A DNA stretch of 64,000 nucleotides from Alphaproteobacteria bacterium (GCA_964291285.2 OZ219785.1:1172253-1236252), one strand, 5' to 3'. Counted from the stretch's first letter, positions 24,460 to 34,558 are shown. Numbers and translations: made by a program. The notes: generated by a model from the letters alone, not told the origin.

Positions 24460-24497
24460 AGTGACTCGATGCTGCCGACGCTGCGGCGGAAGGGGAG

Positions 24498-25787
24498 ATG
24501 GCGCGCTACCGAGGCATTTTACGAGCGGCCATGGCGCTGGTTCTGCTCCTCCCGGCCGCTTGGCGCGCCGATGCGCAGGACATGCTGGTAATCGATAGCG
24601 GCGGGGCGCGCTGGAAGAGCGGCGAAAGCAGGAAACCGTCCGTGACCGTCGATTTCGGCGTGATCGACACCCTGTCGGCCGACCGACGGCGGGGCGCCTT
24701 CCACAGGCCGGACCGCCGGTCCCGGCGATATCTGACCCTCAGCATCCCGCAGCCGGAAACGCCGGCCGCCGTGGCTGAGCGTCTCAAGGCGACCGCCGCG
24801 CCGCCCGCTGATCCGGAGCCGCAGCCCACGGCCGAACGCTCCGAGCCTCCTGTCGCACCGGCCACGGAACCGGGGGTGAAACTCGCCGCAAAACACCCTG
24901 AACCGGCAGCCGCACCGGCCGCCGAGCCTGCCCCGGAAAAGCCGGCCCGGGCCGGAATTCCCACACCGCCCGCAAGGCCCGCGACGGCCTTGTCGAAACC
25001 GCCCGACAAGCCCCCGGCCCCGCCGGCCCGGGCCGCGCCTGCGCGGCGCCTGCCTGCCGGAGAGACCGAGGCCACGCCGGCGCTCCTCGCCTTCCTGAGC
25101 CGCGCCGACGGGACCCGGCCGCAAGCCGCGGCGCCTTCCCCGGCCAAGCCCGTGCGCGCGAAGCTGCCGCCGCCGCGCCCCATCCAGCCGCGCCCTGCGG
25201 AATCGGGCGCTGCCGCGCCGCCGGCGGCCAAACCGGACATGCCGGGCCGTTTCCGCCTGCCGCCCCCGGCACCGGCAACTGACGCGCCCGGGAGCGCAGC
25301 CGCTTCTCCGGCGCCTGCGGGCAGGCTGCCGCCGCCGCCCCCTGCGACGGGAGCGCCCGGGGCCGGTGTCCTGCCGCCTCCGGCCGCGCCGACGGCCGGC
25401 ACGCCCGAAACGCTGCGCCGGAAGCTGGCTCTCGATGCGCCCGGCCTCGCGGCCATTGCCGAACCGGTCAGGACCGGCACGCATTCCGAGACGTTCTTCT
25501 ACGAGGCGGGCGGAACGGCGCTCGGCGCGGAGGACCGCGCGCGGCTTGGCAGCCTTGCCGCCAGGATGGCCGGGGGAAGCCGGCTCACCGTCGAGATACG
25601 CGCTTATTCCGGCTCCGTTGAAGGCGACGGGGTCGAAGCGCGGCGCGGGGCATTGTCGCGCGCCATGGAAATCCGCCGCCTGCTGATTGCCGCCGGCGTG
25701 CCGGAAGCCCGCATCGTGGCGCGGGCGGCAGGCGCAGGCGAGGAGGCCAGGGCGCATGTCGATGTCGTGCTGGTCGGGCGAAGTTGA
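24498..25787 (+). CDS. secreted Pro/Ala-rich protein with C-terminal OmpA-like domain
   Basis: Signal-peptide-like N-terminus (ADA-Q), long Pro-rich linker, EIRAYS..ARRGALSRAMEIRRLLIAAGVPEARIVARA. Confidence 0.65.
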   Translation: MARYRGILRAAMALVLLLPAAWRADAQDMLVIDSGGARWKSGESRKPSVTVDFGVIDTLSADRRRGAFHRPDRRSRRYLTLSIPQPETPAAVAERLKATAAPPADPEPQPTAERSEPPVAPATEPGVKLAAKHPEPAAAPAAEPAPEKPARAGIPTPPARPATALSKPPDKPPAPPARAAPARRLPAGETEATPALLAFLSRADGTRPQAAAPSPAKPVRAKLPPPRPIQPRPAESGAAAPPAAKPDMPGRFRLPPPAPATDAPGSAAASPAPAGRLPPPPPATGAPGAGVLPPPAAPTAGTPETLRRKLALDAPGLAAIAEPVRTGTHSETFFYEAGGTALGAEDRARLGSLAARMAGGSRLTVEIRAYSGSVEGDGVEARRGALSRAMEIRRLLIAAGVPEARIVARAAGAGEEARAHVDVVLVGRS

Positions 25788-25818
25788 AAAACCGGACTGA
25801 AACTGCCGGGCGGGCGTC

Positions 25819-26958
25819 ATGACCCGTCCGACCCAGTATCTGGTGCGGATGGCCGTGTTCGTCGCGGTGGTCATTGCGGCGACGGCGCTGCTGTTTGGCC
25901 CGGTCGCGGACGCCTTCATGGCCAATCCGGCGCTGAACGGCCTGATCCTGGGCGTGCTGCTGATCGGCATCGCCTACAATTTCCGCCATGTGCTGCGGCT
26001 GTTCCGGGAGATCGCGTGGATACGCTCGATCCAGGGACCCGCGCCCGGCCGCGGCGCGCCGGAGCCCGCGAGGCCGCAATTGCTGGCGACGCTCGCAACG
26101 GCCTTTTCCTCCGAAGCCCCGGTGCGGTTCTCGGCCGTATCCATGCGCTCGATCCTCGACGGCGTGGCCTCGCGCGTTGACGAGGCGAGCGAGACGGCGC
26201 GCTACCTTGCCGGGCTGCTCATCTTCCTCGGCCTGATCGGCACGTTCTGGGGGCTCATCCAGACGGTCTCCGCCATTGGCGATGTCATCGGCGGGCTGGA
26301 GATCGCCGCGGGCAGCCTCACCGGCGTCTTCGAGGAGTTGAAGACCGGCCTCGATGCGCCGCTGGCCGGCATGGGCACGGCGTTCAGCTCCTCGCTGTTC
26401 GGGCTGTCCGGCGCGCTGGTGCTCGGCTTCCTGGACCTCCAGGCGTCCCAGGCGTCGAGCCGGTTCGTGAACGAGCTGGAGGAGTGGCTGTCCTCGCTCA
26501 CCCGCCTCGGCTCCAGCGGCCCGGGCTTCGCCGACGGCGACCATTCGGTGCCGACCTACATCCAGGCGCTGCTCGAAACCACGGCGGAGAACCTGGAGGA
26601 TCTGCGGCGCATCGTCGGCAGGGCGGAAGAGGGCCGCCATTCGGTGAACCGCAATCTCGAGGCATTATCGGAGACGTTGGGCGGGCTCGCCGAACAGCTG
26701 AACACCAGCCAGGCCGCCCATGCGCGGCTCGCGGAAGAGCAGATCGAGACCCAGACGCTGTTGCGCCGGCTGCTGGAAACCAGGCAGCGCGGCGGACTGG
26801 ACGAGACCACCCGCCGGCATATCGCGAGCCTGGATTCGGCGCTCCTGCAGATGCGCGACGAGCTGCGCGCCGGGCGCAACGAACTGGTCGAGGACCTGCG
26901 CACCGAGATCAAGCTGCTGGCCCGCACCGTGTCCGCGCGCCTGGAGGACCGCCGGTGA
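25819..26958 (+). CDS. MotA/TolQ/ExbB-like proton channel family protein with coiled-coil tail
   Basis: [37 protein letters not shown]. Confidence 0.85.
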   Translation: MTRPTQYLVRMAVFVAVVIAATALLFGPVADAFMANPALNGLILGVLLIGIAYNFRHVLRLFREIAWIRSIQGPAPGRGAPEPARPQLLATLATAFSSEAPVRFSAVSMRSILDGVASRVDEASETARYLAGLLIFLGLIGTFWGLIQTVSAIGDVIGGLEIAAGSLTGVFEELKTGLDAPLAGMGTAFSSSLFGLSGALVLGFLDLQASQASSRFVNELEEWLSSLTRLGSSGPGFADGDHSVPTYIQALLETTAENLEDLRRIVGRAEEGRHSVNRNLEALSETLGGLAEQLNTSQAAHARLAEEQIETQTLLRRLLETRQRGGLDETTRRHIASLDSALLQMRDELRAGRNELVEDLRTEIKLLARTVSARLEDRR

Positions 26959-28505
26959 GCGAACGGGTCCTGATCGTCGATTTCGGCAGTCAGGTTACGC
27001 AACTCATCGCCCGCCGGGTTCGCGAGGCGGGCGTCTATTCCGAGGTTCATCCCTTCAACAGGGTCGATGCCGCCTTCGTTGCGGACTTCGCGCCGGTAGC
27101 GGTCGTGCTTTCCGGCGGGCCGGCCTCGGTGTTGTCGTCGTCGGCCCCGACGGCCGACCCGGCGCTGTTCGAGGCCGGCGCGCCGGTGCTGGGAATCTGC
27201 TACGGCCAACAGCTCATGGCGGCGCAGATGGGCGCCCGCGTCCTGCCGGCCGACCACCGGGAGTTCGGGCGCGCAACGGTAGAGGCGGTCGCGGAGAGCG
27301 CGCTGTTCGAGGGCGTCTGGGAACCGGGCGGGCGCTACCCGGTATGGATGAGCCACGGCGACCGGGTCGAGACGCTGCCGGAGGGGTTCCGGGTCGCCGC
27401 GCGCAGCGAAGCCGCGCCCTATGCCGCCATTGCAAACGAGGACCGGCGGCTCTACGGCGTGCAGTTCCACCCCGAGGTCGTGCATACGCCCGACGGCGCC
27501 CGGCTGATCCGCAATTTCGTGCGCCGGATCGCCGGGGCGAAGGGCGACTGGTCGATGGCGGCCTTCCGGGAGACGGCGGTGGCCCGGATCCGGGCGGAAG
27601 TCGGCGGCGGGCGGGTCGTCTGCGGGCTTTCCGGCGGCGTGGACAGCACCGTCGCCGCGCTGCTGCTGCATGAAGCGGTCGGGGACCGGCTGCACTGCAT
27701 CTTCGTGGATACCGGCCTGATGCGGGCGGGCGAGGCCGATGAAGTGGTCGGCCTGTTCCGCGGCCACTTCAACATCCCGCTCGTGCATGCCGATGCGGGA
27801 TCGCTCTTCCTCGAGCGGCTGGCCGGCGTCGATGACCCGGAGAGCAAGCGCAAGATCATCGGCGCCGCCTTCATCAAGGTGTTCGAGGAAGAGGCCGCGA
27901 AGCTTGGCGGCGCCGACTTTCTCGCCCAGGGAACGCTCTATCCGGACGTCATCGAGTCGGTCGCGTTCGACGGCGGCCCGTCGGTCACGATCAAGTCGCA
28001 CCACAATGTCGGCGGCCTGCCCGAGCGGATGGGCCTCGGGCTCGTCGAGCCGCTCAGGATGCTGTTCAAGGACGAGGTGCGCGCGCTCGGCCAGGAGCTC
28101 GGCCTGCCGGACCGGTTCGTCGGGCGCCATCCCTTCCCGGGTCCGGGGCTGGCGATCCGGATGCCGGGCGCGGTGGAGCCGGACAAGCTGGAGGCGCTGC
28201 GCCGCGCCGACGCCATCTTCCTGGAGGAGATCCGCCGCGCGGGGCTCTATGACGACATCTGGCAGGCGTTTGCAGTGCTGCTGCCGGTGCGCACGGTGGG
28301 GGTGATGGGCGATGACCGCACCTATGAGCAGGCCTGCGCGCTCCGCGCCGTCACCTCGTCCGATGGCATGACGGCGGACTTCTACCCCTTCGACGCCGGC
28401 TTCCTCGGCCGGGTCGCCGTGCGCATCGTCAATGAAGTGCCCGGCATAAACCGCGTGGTTTACGACGTGACCTCCAAGCCGCCCGGCACCATCGAGTGGG
28501 AGTAG
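26955..28505 (+). CDS. guaA: GMP synthase (glutamine-hydrolyzing)
   Basis: [53 protein letters not shown]; GTG start overlapping upstream stop. Confidence 0.97.
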   Translation: MSERVLIVDFGSQVTQLIARRVREAGVYSEVHPFNRVDAAFVADFAPVAVVLSGGPASVLSSSAPTADPALFEAGAPVLGICYGQQLMAAQMGARVLPADHREFGRATVEAVAESALFEGVWEPGGRYPVWMSHGDRVETLPEGFRVAARSEAAPYAAIANEDRRLYGVQFHPEVVHTPDGARLIRNFVRRIAGAKGDWSMAAFRETAVARIRAEVGGGRVVCGLSGGVDSTVAALLLHEAVGDRLHCIFVDTGLMRAGEADEVVGLFRGHFNIPLVHADAGSLFLERLAGVDDPESKRKIIGAAFIKVFEEEAAKLGGADFLAQGTLYPDVIESVAFDGGPSVTIKSHHNVGGLPERMGLGLVEPLRMLFKDEVRALGQELGLPDRFVGRHPFPGPGLAIRMPGAVEPDKLEALRRADAIFLEEIRRAGLYDDIWQAFAVLLPVRTVGVMGDDRTYEQACALRAVTSSDGMTADFYPFDAGFLGRVAVRIVNEVPGINRVVYDVTSKPPGTIEWE

Positions 28506-28512
28506 GCGGGCC

Positions 28513-29553
28513 TCAGTCCACCGCGACGCCGTATTTTTCGCCAAGCGCCCTGAACTGGTTCCAGGTGGCGTCCTCGATGTCGATGCCGTCCGCCCGCCGC
28601 GCTTCTGCGGTGCGCCGTTCGATCTCGCCGGGAGCCAGCACTTCCCCGAAGCCGGCGGCGGCGCGCGTGTCCTTCAGATAGTCCACGAACTCGTCCACCT
28701 CGCGCCCGAATTCGCCGGGGTCGCGGAAGGCGGCGGCCTTGAAGAGCGCGAGGAAGCAGCCGTCATTGTGCCGCCCCGTCGGCTCGACGCCGAAACCGAG
28801 CCCGGTCAGGAGCCCTGAGAGGATTTCGACCATCGCGGAGAGGCCGTAGCCCTTGTGGCCCTCGCTCCCGCCGAGCGGCAGCAGCACCGCGCCCTTGCCG
28901 AAATCGTTGGGGTCCGTCGAGGCCCCGCCGTCCGAACGCACGATCCAGCCTTCGGGAATATCCTTGCCGCGCGCCTGGGCGAGCTTGATCTTGCCGGCGG
29001 CCACCGCCGAGGTCGCCATGTCGATCAGCACCGGCTCGCCGCGCGCGGACGGCACCGCCATGGCTATCGGGTTGGTCCCGAGCCGCGCCTCGGCGCCGCC
29101 GAACGGCGCCACGCTCTTGGCCGAGCGGCCGGAATCGGCGGTCATCATGGCGATGAAGCCGGCCTTCGCGGCCATGGTCGGATAGGCGCCGAGGCGGCCG
29201 ACATGGCTCTGGCGGAAGATCGTGCAGGCGGCGACGTTCTGCGCCTCCGCCTTCTCCATCGTCAGCTTGAGCGCCCGCTCGGCAATGGCGTAGCCGAAAC
29301 CCCAGTGGCCATCCACCACCGTTGTCGTCGGGCTTTCCCGGAGGATCTCGAAGGGCGCTCCCGGAACGATATGGCCCTGTTCCACCCTGTGGATATAGAT
29401 CGGGATCTGGATCGCGCCGTGGCTGTCATGGCCGCAGAGATTGGCGTCCACCACGTGGCGCGCGACGATTTCCGCCTCGTCATCGGGCGTGCCGCATGCG
29501 GCCAGCAGGCGGCGGATGGTGTCTTCCAGCGTCTCGGCGGCGATAATCGGCAT
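28513..29553 (-). CDS. Ldh_2 family (malate/L-lactate/ureidoglycolate-type) dehydrogenase
   Basis: GHDSHG, SHVGRLG, LGTNPIA, DMATS, GHKGYGL, PGEIE. Confidence 0.9.
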   Translation of the reverse strand: MPIIAAETLEDTIRRLLAACGTPDDEAEIVARHVVDANLCGHDSHGAIQIPIYIHRVEQGHIVPGAPFEILRESPTTTVVDGHWGFGYAIAERALKLTMEKAEAQNVAACTIFRQSHVGRLGAYPTMAAKAGFIAMMTADSGRSAKSVAPFGGAEARLGTNPIAMAVPSARGEPVLIDMATSAVAAGKIKLAQARGKDIPEGWIVRSDGGASTDPNDFGKGAVLLPLGGSEGHKGYGLSAMVEILSGLLTGLGFGVEPTGRHNDGCFLALFKAAAFRDPGEFGREVDEFVDYLKDTRAAAGFGEVLAPGEIERRTAEARRADGIDIEDATWNQFRALGEKYGVAVD

Positions 29554-29659
29554 CGGTGCGGTGCCTCCCTCTCATGCTCATGTCGCGACTTCCGAGCATG
29601 GACCGGCTACGGTGCCGGGGTCCAGCCCGGAAAAGGGCATGCGCCGGGGGGAACGTCTG

Positions 29660-31123
29660 ATGGGCAACGGAAGCTACGAGCGGCTGGAGCGCCGGTTCGC
29701 GCGCATTGCCGACCTGAATGCGGCCTCGCGGACCGTGCGCTGGTTCTCGCTCACTTACGGGCCGCCCGGCGGCGAGGCGGCGCGGGGGCACCAGCAGGCG
29801 ACCCTGGGCGGCCTCGCGCACGAGCTGCTCACCGCGCCGGAGGCCGCCGATGCGCTGGCGGCCGCGCGGGCGGACGGGCCCTGGCAGGCGGCCAACCTCA
29901 GGGAAATGCGCCGCCTGCACGGGGCCGCCGCCGCCCTGCCGACGGAGCTGGTGGAGGCGAAGGCGCGGGCCGTCTCCAGGGCGCAGTCGGTCTGGCACCG
30001 GGCGCGGCCCGAAGGCGATTTCGCGGCCTTCCTGCCGGCGCTTCGCGACGTCGTGGAGCGCGTCCGGGAGGAGGCGCGGATCAGGGGCGAGGCGCTGGGC
30101 CTGGCGCCGTACGACGCGCTGCTCGACAGCTACGACCCGGGCCGGCGGAGCGCGGGCGTCGCCGCCATGTTCGCGGAACTGGAGGCGTTCCTGCCCGGCG
30201 TCATCGACCGCGTGCGCGGCGGGCCGAAACCGCCGGGGCCGGCGGGGCCGCGCGACGGGCTGGAACGCCTCGCCCGGCGGCTGATGGCCATGCTGGGCCT
30301 CGAAGAGCAGCATGTGCGGCTCGACGAGTCCGCGCACCCGTTCTCGACCGGCGAGCCGGAGGACGTGCGCATCACCACCCGCTGGTCGGGGCCGCCCGGC
30401 GAGGCGCTGATGGCGGTGCTGCACGAGAGCGGGCACGCGCTCTACACGCGCGGGCTGCCGGAGGACTGGCGCCGGCAGCCGGTCGGGCGCAACCGGGGCA
30501 TGACCGCGCATGAAAGCCAGTCGCTCTCGATCGAGATGCAGGCATGCCGCTCGCGGGCCTTCGCGGTCCCCTATGCGCGGCTGCTCAACGAGGAGCTGGC
30601 GCCGGCGGACGAGTGGGAGCCGGAGAGGCTCTACGGCGTGCTCAACCATGTCGAGCCGGACCTGATCCGGGTCGAGGCCGACGAAGTGAGCTATCCGCTG
30701 CACATCGCGGTCCGCTACCGCTGCGAGGCCGCGCTGATTTCGGGCGCGCTCGACCCGGCGGACCTGCCGGGCGCCTTCGACGACGCCATGGAGTCGCTGC
30801 TGGGCCTCCGCCCGCCCGGCCCGCGCGAAGGCGTCATGCAGGACATCCACTGGTCGAGCGGGTCGTTCGGCTATTTCCCGACCTACACGCTCGGCGCGCT
30901 GATGGCGGCGCAGCTTGCCGAAGCCATGCGCGCGGCGCTGCCCGGCCTCGACCGGGAGATCGGGCAGGGCGATTTCAGGCCCTTGGTGGGCTGGCTCAGG
31001 GAACATGTCCACAGCCGCGGCTGCCTCGATGCGTCCTCGGACGGCCTCGTCGCGCAGGCGACCGGCAGGCCGCTCGATACCGGCGCCTTCATCCGCCACA
31101 TCGGCGAACGCTACGCCGGCTGA
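29660..31123 (+). CDS. M32 family carboxypeptidase
   Basis: HPF, DVRIT, HESGH (HExxH), HESQS, IRVEAD, GVMQDIHW, GYFPTYTLG. Confidence 0.93.
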   Translation: MGNGSYERLERRFARIADLNAASRTVRWFSLTYGPPGGEAARGHQQATLGGLAHELLTAPEAADALAAARADGPWQAANLREMRRLHGAAAALPTELVEAKARAVSRAQSVWHRARPEGDFAAFLPALRDVVERVREEARIRGEALGLAPYDALLDSYDPGRRSAGVAAMFAELEAFLPGVIDRVRGGPKPPGPAGPRDGLERLARRLMAMLGLEEQHVRLDESAHPFSTGEPEDVRITTRWSGPPGEALMAVLHESGHALYTRGLPEDWRRQPVGRNRGMTAHESQSLSIEMQACRSRAFAVPYARLLNEELAPADEWEPERLYGVLNHVEPDLIRVEADEVSYPLHIAVRYRCEAALISGALDPADLPGAFDDAMESLLGLRPPGPREGVMQDIHWSSGSFGYFPTYTLGALMAAQLAEAMRAALPGLDREIGQGDFRPLVGWLREHVHSRGCLDASSDGLVAQATGRPLDTGAFIRHIGERYAG

Positions 31124-31132
31124 CGGCCCGCC
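30808..31132 (+). repeat. left copy of 325-bp imperfect direct repeat (3' end of M32 gene)
   Basis: Aligns without gaps to 37006-37330, including stop codon and following cggcccgcc. Confidence 0.95.
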
Positions 31133-31148
31133 GCCGCCTCAGGTCCGC

Positions 31149-31278
31149 CTCCCTCATCCTGAGTAGCCGACCGAAGGGAGGCGTATCGAAGGACTGCCCC
31201 GTCGGCCGCCGGCCCCCTTCGGCAGGCTCAGGACAGGCTCTCGATACGCGGCTGGCGCCGCTACTCGGGATGAGGGAG
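31149..31278. repeat. palindromic REP/MITE-like element, copy 1
   Basis: ccctcatcctgagtagc...gcgtatcga...tcgatacgc...gctactcgggatgaggg nested inverted repeats. Confidence 0.8.
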
Positions 31279-31514
31279 AGTCGTCGCGGCTATTGCATCG
31301 CCCGCTCTCCCGTCCCGCGCGCTTGTGGATATCTTTCTTCCCGGGGGTTGCAATTCGGGAAAATAAGCCCTAAATACCCGCCAAAGCAGGCATGAAGCAG
31401 GAACAATGACCTGGTGAACCGAGCCGCATTGCGGCCACGCGACGGGATTTGGGCGGCTGAAAGCGCCGGGGGCGGCAGGCGGGGAAGCTGCGCGCGCCGG
31501 CCGGGCGCGGGCGC

Positions 31515-31562
31515 GCAATGTTCGGTAGGAGATCGTACGCAACGTTCCGTTGGAGATCGTAC
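31515..31562. repeat. 2 x 24-bp tandem repeat upstream of HTH gene
   Basis: gcaatgttcggtaggagatcgtac / gcaacgttccgttggagatcgtac. Confidence 0.8.
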
Positions 31563-31590
31563 AGGGCCGGAGGCGGCCGGGGAGGCACGG

Positions 31591-32004
31591 ATGACGGATA
31601 TATTCACGGAGCGGAAGCGGGGCCGGGCCGTCGGCCAGGACCTGCGCCGCCGGGCGGTTGCGGCGGTGCTGGAGGGGCGGATGAGCGCGCGGGGCGCGGC
31701 CCGGCATTTCGAGGTGGCCGCGTCGAGCGTCTCCCGGTGGGTAAGGCGCTACCGGGAGCGCGGCGACCTGCGCGACGACCCGAGGGGCGGCCGCCCGTCG
31801 CGGATCGAGCCGGAACGGGAGCGGATTTTCCGCCTTCTGGGGGAGCGGCCGGACCTCTCCGTCCGCGCGCTGCAGCGGGCGCTCGCCGCCGAGGGCGTTG
31901 TCTTCAGCGGGACCACGTTGCAGCACTTCCTGAAACGCCACGGCCTCCAGCGCGGCCGCCGCCTCGCACGGCGCCGCAAGCCCAACGCCGCCGCCCGCGC
32001 CTGA
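31591..32004 (+). CDS. IS630-OrfA-like HTH protein, no DDE domain
   Basis: DLRRRAVAAV..SARGAARHFEVAASSVSRWVRRYRERG..GGRPS..PDLSVRALQ..FLKRHG; GGAGG RBS; no downstream catalytic ORF. Confidence 0.75.
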   Translation: MTDIFTERKRGRAVGQDLRRRAVAAVLEGRMSARGAARHFEVAASSVSRWVRRYRERGDLRDDPRGGRPSRIEPERERIFRLLGERPDLSVRALQRALAAEGVVFSGTTLQHFLKRHGLQRGRRLARRRKPNAAARA

Positions 32005-32099
32005 CGGCGGGCGGGCGGTTTATGCAGGGGCCGGCCCGAGCCGCGCCGCCGCCCGGCCCCCAGCAGTTTCCCTTGAAAATCGCGCCGGAACGGACGCCG

Positions 32100-32207
32100 C
32101 CCCCTCATCCTGAGTAGCGACCGCGCCAGCGGGCGCGTATCGAAGGACCGCCACGCCGGCCGCCGCCCTTCGATACGCCGCTGGCGCGGCTACTCAGGGT
32201 GAGGGGG
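32100..32207. repeat. palindromic REP/MITE-like element, copy 2
   Basis: cccctcatcctgagtagc...gcgtatcgaagg...ccttcgatacgc...gctactcagggtgagggg. Confidence 0.8.
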
Positions 32208-32413
32208 TAGGGGCAACGCCGGAGATATGTGAACCCGGTAGCCCCGCCAGCCCCGGACCGCGGTCCAGGGCAAGTGGGACGAGGGAATTCCTGGTGGAAG
32301 GCCTTCCTCTCCCCGCGCCTTCCAGATCGCGATCTTTGGATTTCCAATTAGCGGTCTCTTGACTTCCAATCAGCCGATATGGTTGGTTCCAATTGTCTGT
32401 GCTTGGAGACGGG

Positions 32414-33634
32414 ATGTTCAAGCGGTTTGTAGAGCGTCGGGCCAACGAGGCTCTTTCGGATACGCCCGTGGTTCTCATTGTGGGGCCGCGTCGGGCGGGC
32501 AAAACGACGCTCGTCAAGAGCATGGAGGACGCCGACCGCACCTATATCACGCTCGACGATCAGACAGCACTTGAGGCGGCCCGGTCCGATCCAGCCGGAT
32601 TCATCCGGGGCCTGGACCGGGCCATCATCGACGAGATTCAGCGCGCGCCCGACCTGCTCCTGGCGATCAAGAAGACGGTCGACGAAGATTATCGCCCGGG
32701 CCGTTTTCTCCTCACGGGCTCGGCCAATGTGCTGACCCTGCCACGGGTCGCCGACAGTCTGGCCGGCCGGATGGAAACACTCCGGATGCTGCCGCTCGCG
32801 CGGGCCGAGGTCGAAGGGGGAACGCCTGGTTTTCTGGAGCACCTGTTCGAAGGGAAACTGCAAAATCAGCGCAAAGCGGTCGTCGGTGACGATCTCGTCC
32901 AGGCCGTTCTGGTCGGCGGGTTTCCCGAAGCAATCGCCCGTAAAAGCGAGCGGCGGCGGCAGGATTGGGCACGATCCTACCTCACCTCGATTCTCACCCG
33001 CGATCTCAGGGACATCGCCGAGATCGAGAAGCTTACCGAGCTTCCGAAATTTGTGCGGCTGCTGGCCGAGCATTCCGCCCAACTGGTCAACTACTCGCAA
33101 TTCGGAGCGAGCATCAATGTCAGCCACAAGACGGGGCAGCGTTATATCGGGCTGCTTGAACAGGTCTTTCTGATCGCAACGCTGCAGCCCTGGTTCACCA
33201 ACGCCCTGAAACGTATCGTCAAGACGCCGAAGCTGCATTTCCTCGATTCCGGCCTGCTGGCGAGCGCGCGCGGCCTGACCTTTGACAGGGTGAAGGCGGA
33301 TCGCGGGGCATTCGGAGCGCTGCTCGAGAGTTTCGTGTTCTCGGAAGTGCTCAAGCTGATGACGTCATCGGATCTGCGATTGACGCCGCATCATTTCCGC
33401 GACCGGGATATGCGCGAGGTCGACATCGTTCTGGAACGCGACGACGGGATGATCGCGGGCATTGAGATCAAGGCAAGCGCCACGGTCAGGTCCGGCGACT
33501 TCGCCGGCCTCCGGGCGCTGGCAGAGCCGTGCGGCGATCGTTTCGCTTTCGGTGTCGTTCTCTATGACAATACGGACGTCGTGCCGTTTGGCGACCGGCT
33601 GGTGGCGGCGCCATTGTCCTGTCTGTGGAATTGA
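32414..33634 (+). CDS. AAA+ ATPase with C-terminal DUF4143 (PD-(D/E)XK-like) domain
   Basis: GPRRAGKTT, IIDEIQRAP, LTGSA, SLAGR, GGFPE, KTPKLHFLDSG, EVDIVLE..GIEIK. Confidence 0.9.
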   Translation: MFKRFVERRANEALSDTPVVLIVGPRRAGKTTLVKSMEDADRTYITLDDQTALEAARSDPAGFIRGLDRAIIDEIQRAPDLLLAIKKTVDEDYRPGRFLLTGSANVLTLPRVADSLAGRMETLRMLPLARAEVEGGTPGFLEHLFEGKLQNQRKAVVGDDLVQAVLVGGFPEAIARKSERRRQDWARSYLTSILTRDLRDIAEIEKLTELPKFVRLLAEHSAQLVNYSQFGASINVSHKTGQRYIGLLEQVFLIATLQPWFTNALKRIVKTPKLHFLDSGLLASARGLTFDRVKADRGAFGALLESFVFSEVLKLMTSSDLRLTPHHFRDRDMREVDIVLERDDGMIAGIEIKASATVRSGDFAGLRALAEPCGDRFAFGVVLYDNTDVVPFGDRLVAAPLSCLWN

Positions 33635-33849
33635 GCGGATGCGCAGAGACTACGGGCGGATAGAACCGGGCGGCGCGATGACGGCATCGGGGGAACAGCG
33701 TGGGACTGTATAAGAGGTGGTGCGACGCCGGTCGGAAAAGGGACAAGCGCAAGCGTTACTGGACCTATGTCGAGAAGGATGGCGGCCGCGACATGGCCAT
33801 GCGCGGCGACGACTTCATCCGACTCGCTGCTGTTCGTCGCCAACCGCCT

Positions 33850-33944
33850 TCTGGAGGAGCGGCCGGACCCTAAGCAGGATGCTGATCAAGGCCGGACATG
33901 GCCGTGACTACGACGGCGGCAAGCGTCGGAGCCGGTGCCGTTGA
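33850..33944 (+). pseudogene. C-terminal remnant resembling a thermonuclease (SNase) family protein
   Basis: GRTLSRMLIKAGHGRDYDGGKRRSRC resembles the LI..G.AR.YDGGKR.SWC tail; no intact upstream frame. Confidence 0.4.
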
Positions 33945-34094
33945 CGCCTGCCGCACGAGTATCTAAATTCCCAATACAGTGACCGCTAGATATTGTGGTG
34001 GTTCCAAATTGCCAACCGCCGGCGTGAGAGACCGGCGGACACAGTGCGCGGGGTCTCGTGTTGACCTGAGAGGGCGCACGAAAGGAGAGGCGCC

Positions 34095-34232
34095 ATGGCG
34101 ACCAGAACCCGCATCATCCGGCGCACGATCTCGAAGGGCGGCGTAAGGGCGACAGTTCAGGTCAAGACGCAGGTGCAGACCGCCCACAAGCCCGTGGTCG
34201 TTATCCGCAAGGTGCAGAAGCGGGTCCGATGA
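34095..34232 (+). CDS. 45-aa highly basic microprotein
   Basis: AAAGGAGAGG RBS; MATRTRIIRRTISKGGVRATVQVKTQVQTAHKPVVVIRKVQKRVR; ATGA overlap with next gene; not in ORF track. Confidence 0.65.
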   Translation: MATRTRIIRRTISKGGVRATVQVKTQVQTAHKPVVVIRKVQKRVR

Positions 34233-34558
34233 TCGACTGGATTCCAATGACATGGCACGGTCACGATGGCTTTCCGTATGAAGGGCTCCTCGTGCCTCGC
34301 GATGCAGAACTGCCAGCAGAGGCAGCCTGTTACATGTTCGTGAGACAGATAGATCACCAACAGAGGTATCAGGTGATCTATGTCGGCGAAACGAGCGATT
34401 TGAGCACTCGCTTCGACAGTCACCATGCTATGCCGTGCATTGATGGACATGGTGCTACGCATCTTTGGGTCTACCCCGAAGGTATGGAAGATGAAGATGA
34501 TCGAAAAGCTGTTGAGGAAGACTTGAAGCAGGGCTGGAATCCGCCCTGCAACGGATGA
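34229..34558 (+). CDS. stand-alone GIY-YIG nuclease family protein
   Basis: ACYMF...VIYVGETSDLSTRFDSHH...VEEDL...NPPCN. Confidence 0.78.
   Translation: MIDWIPMTWHGHDGFPYEGLLVPRDAELPAEAACYMFVRQIDHQQRYQVIYVGETSDLSTRFDSHHAMPCIDGHGATHLWVYPEGMEDEDDRKAVEEDLKQGWNPPCNG

Noticed and set aside
28490-28520. Island integration at the guaA 3' end
   Set aside because: No duplication of the guaA end or integrase; next gene is an ordinary convergent dehydrogenase
26556-28544. Long antisense ORFs (also 12908..15772, 42783..45164, 56749..59922)
   Set aside because: Shadow frames of well-supported genes in high-GC DNA, no motifs
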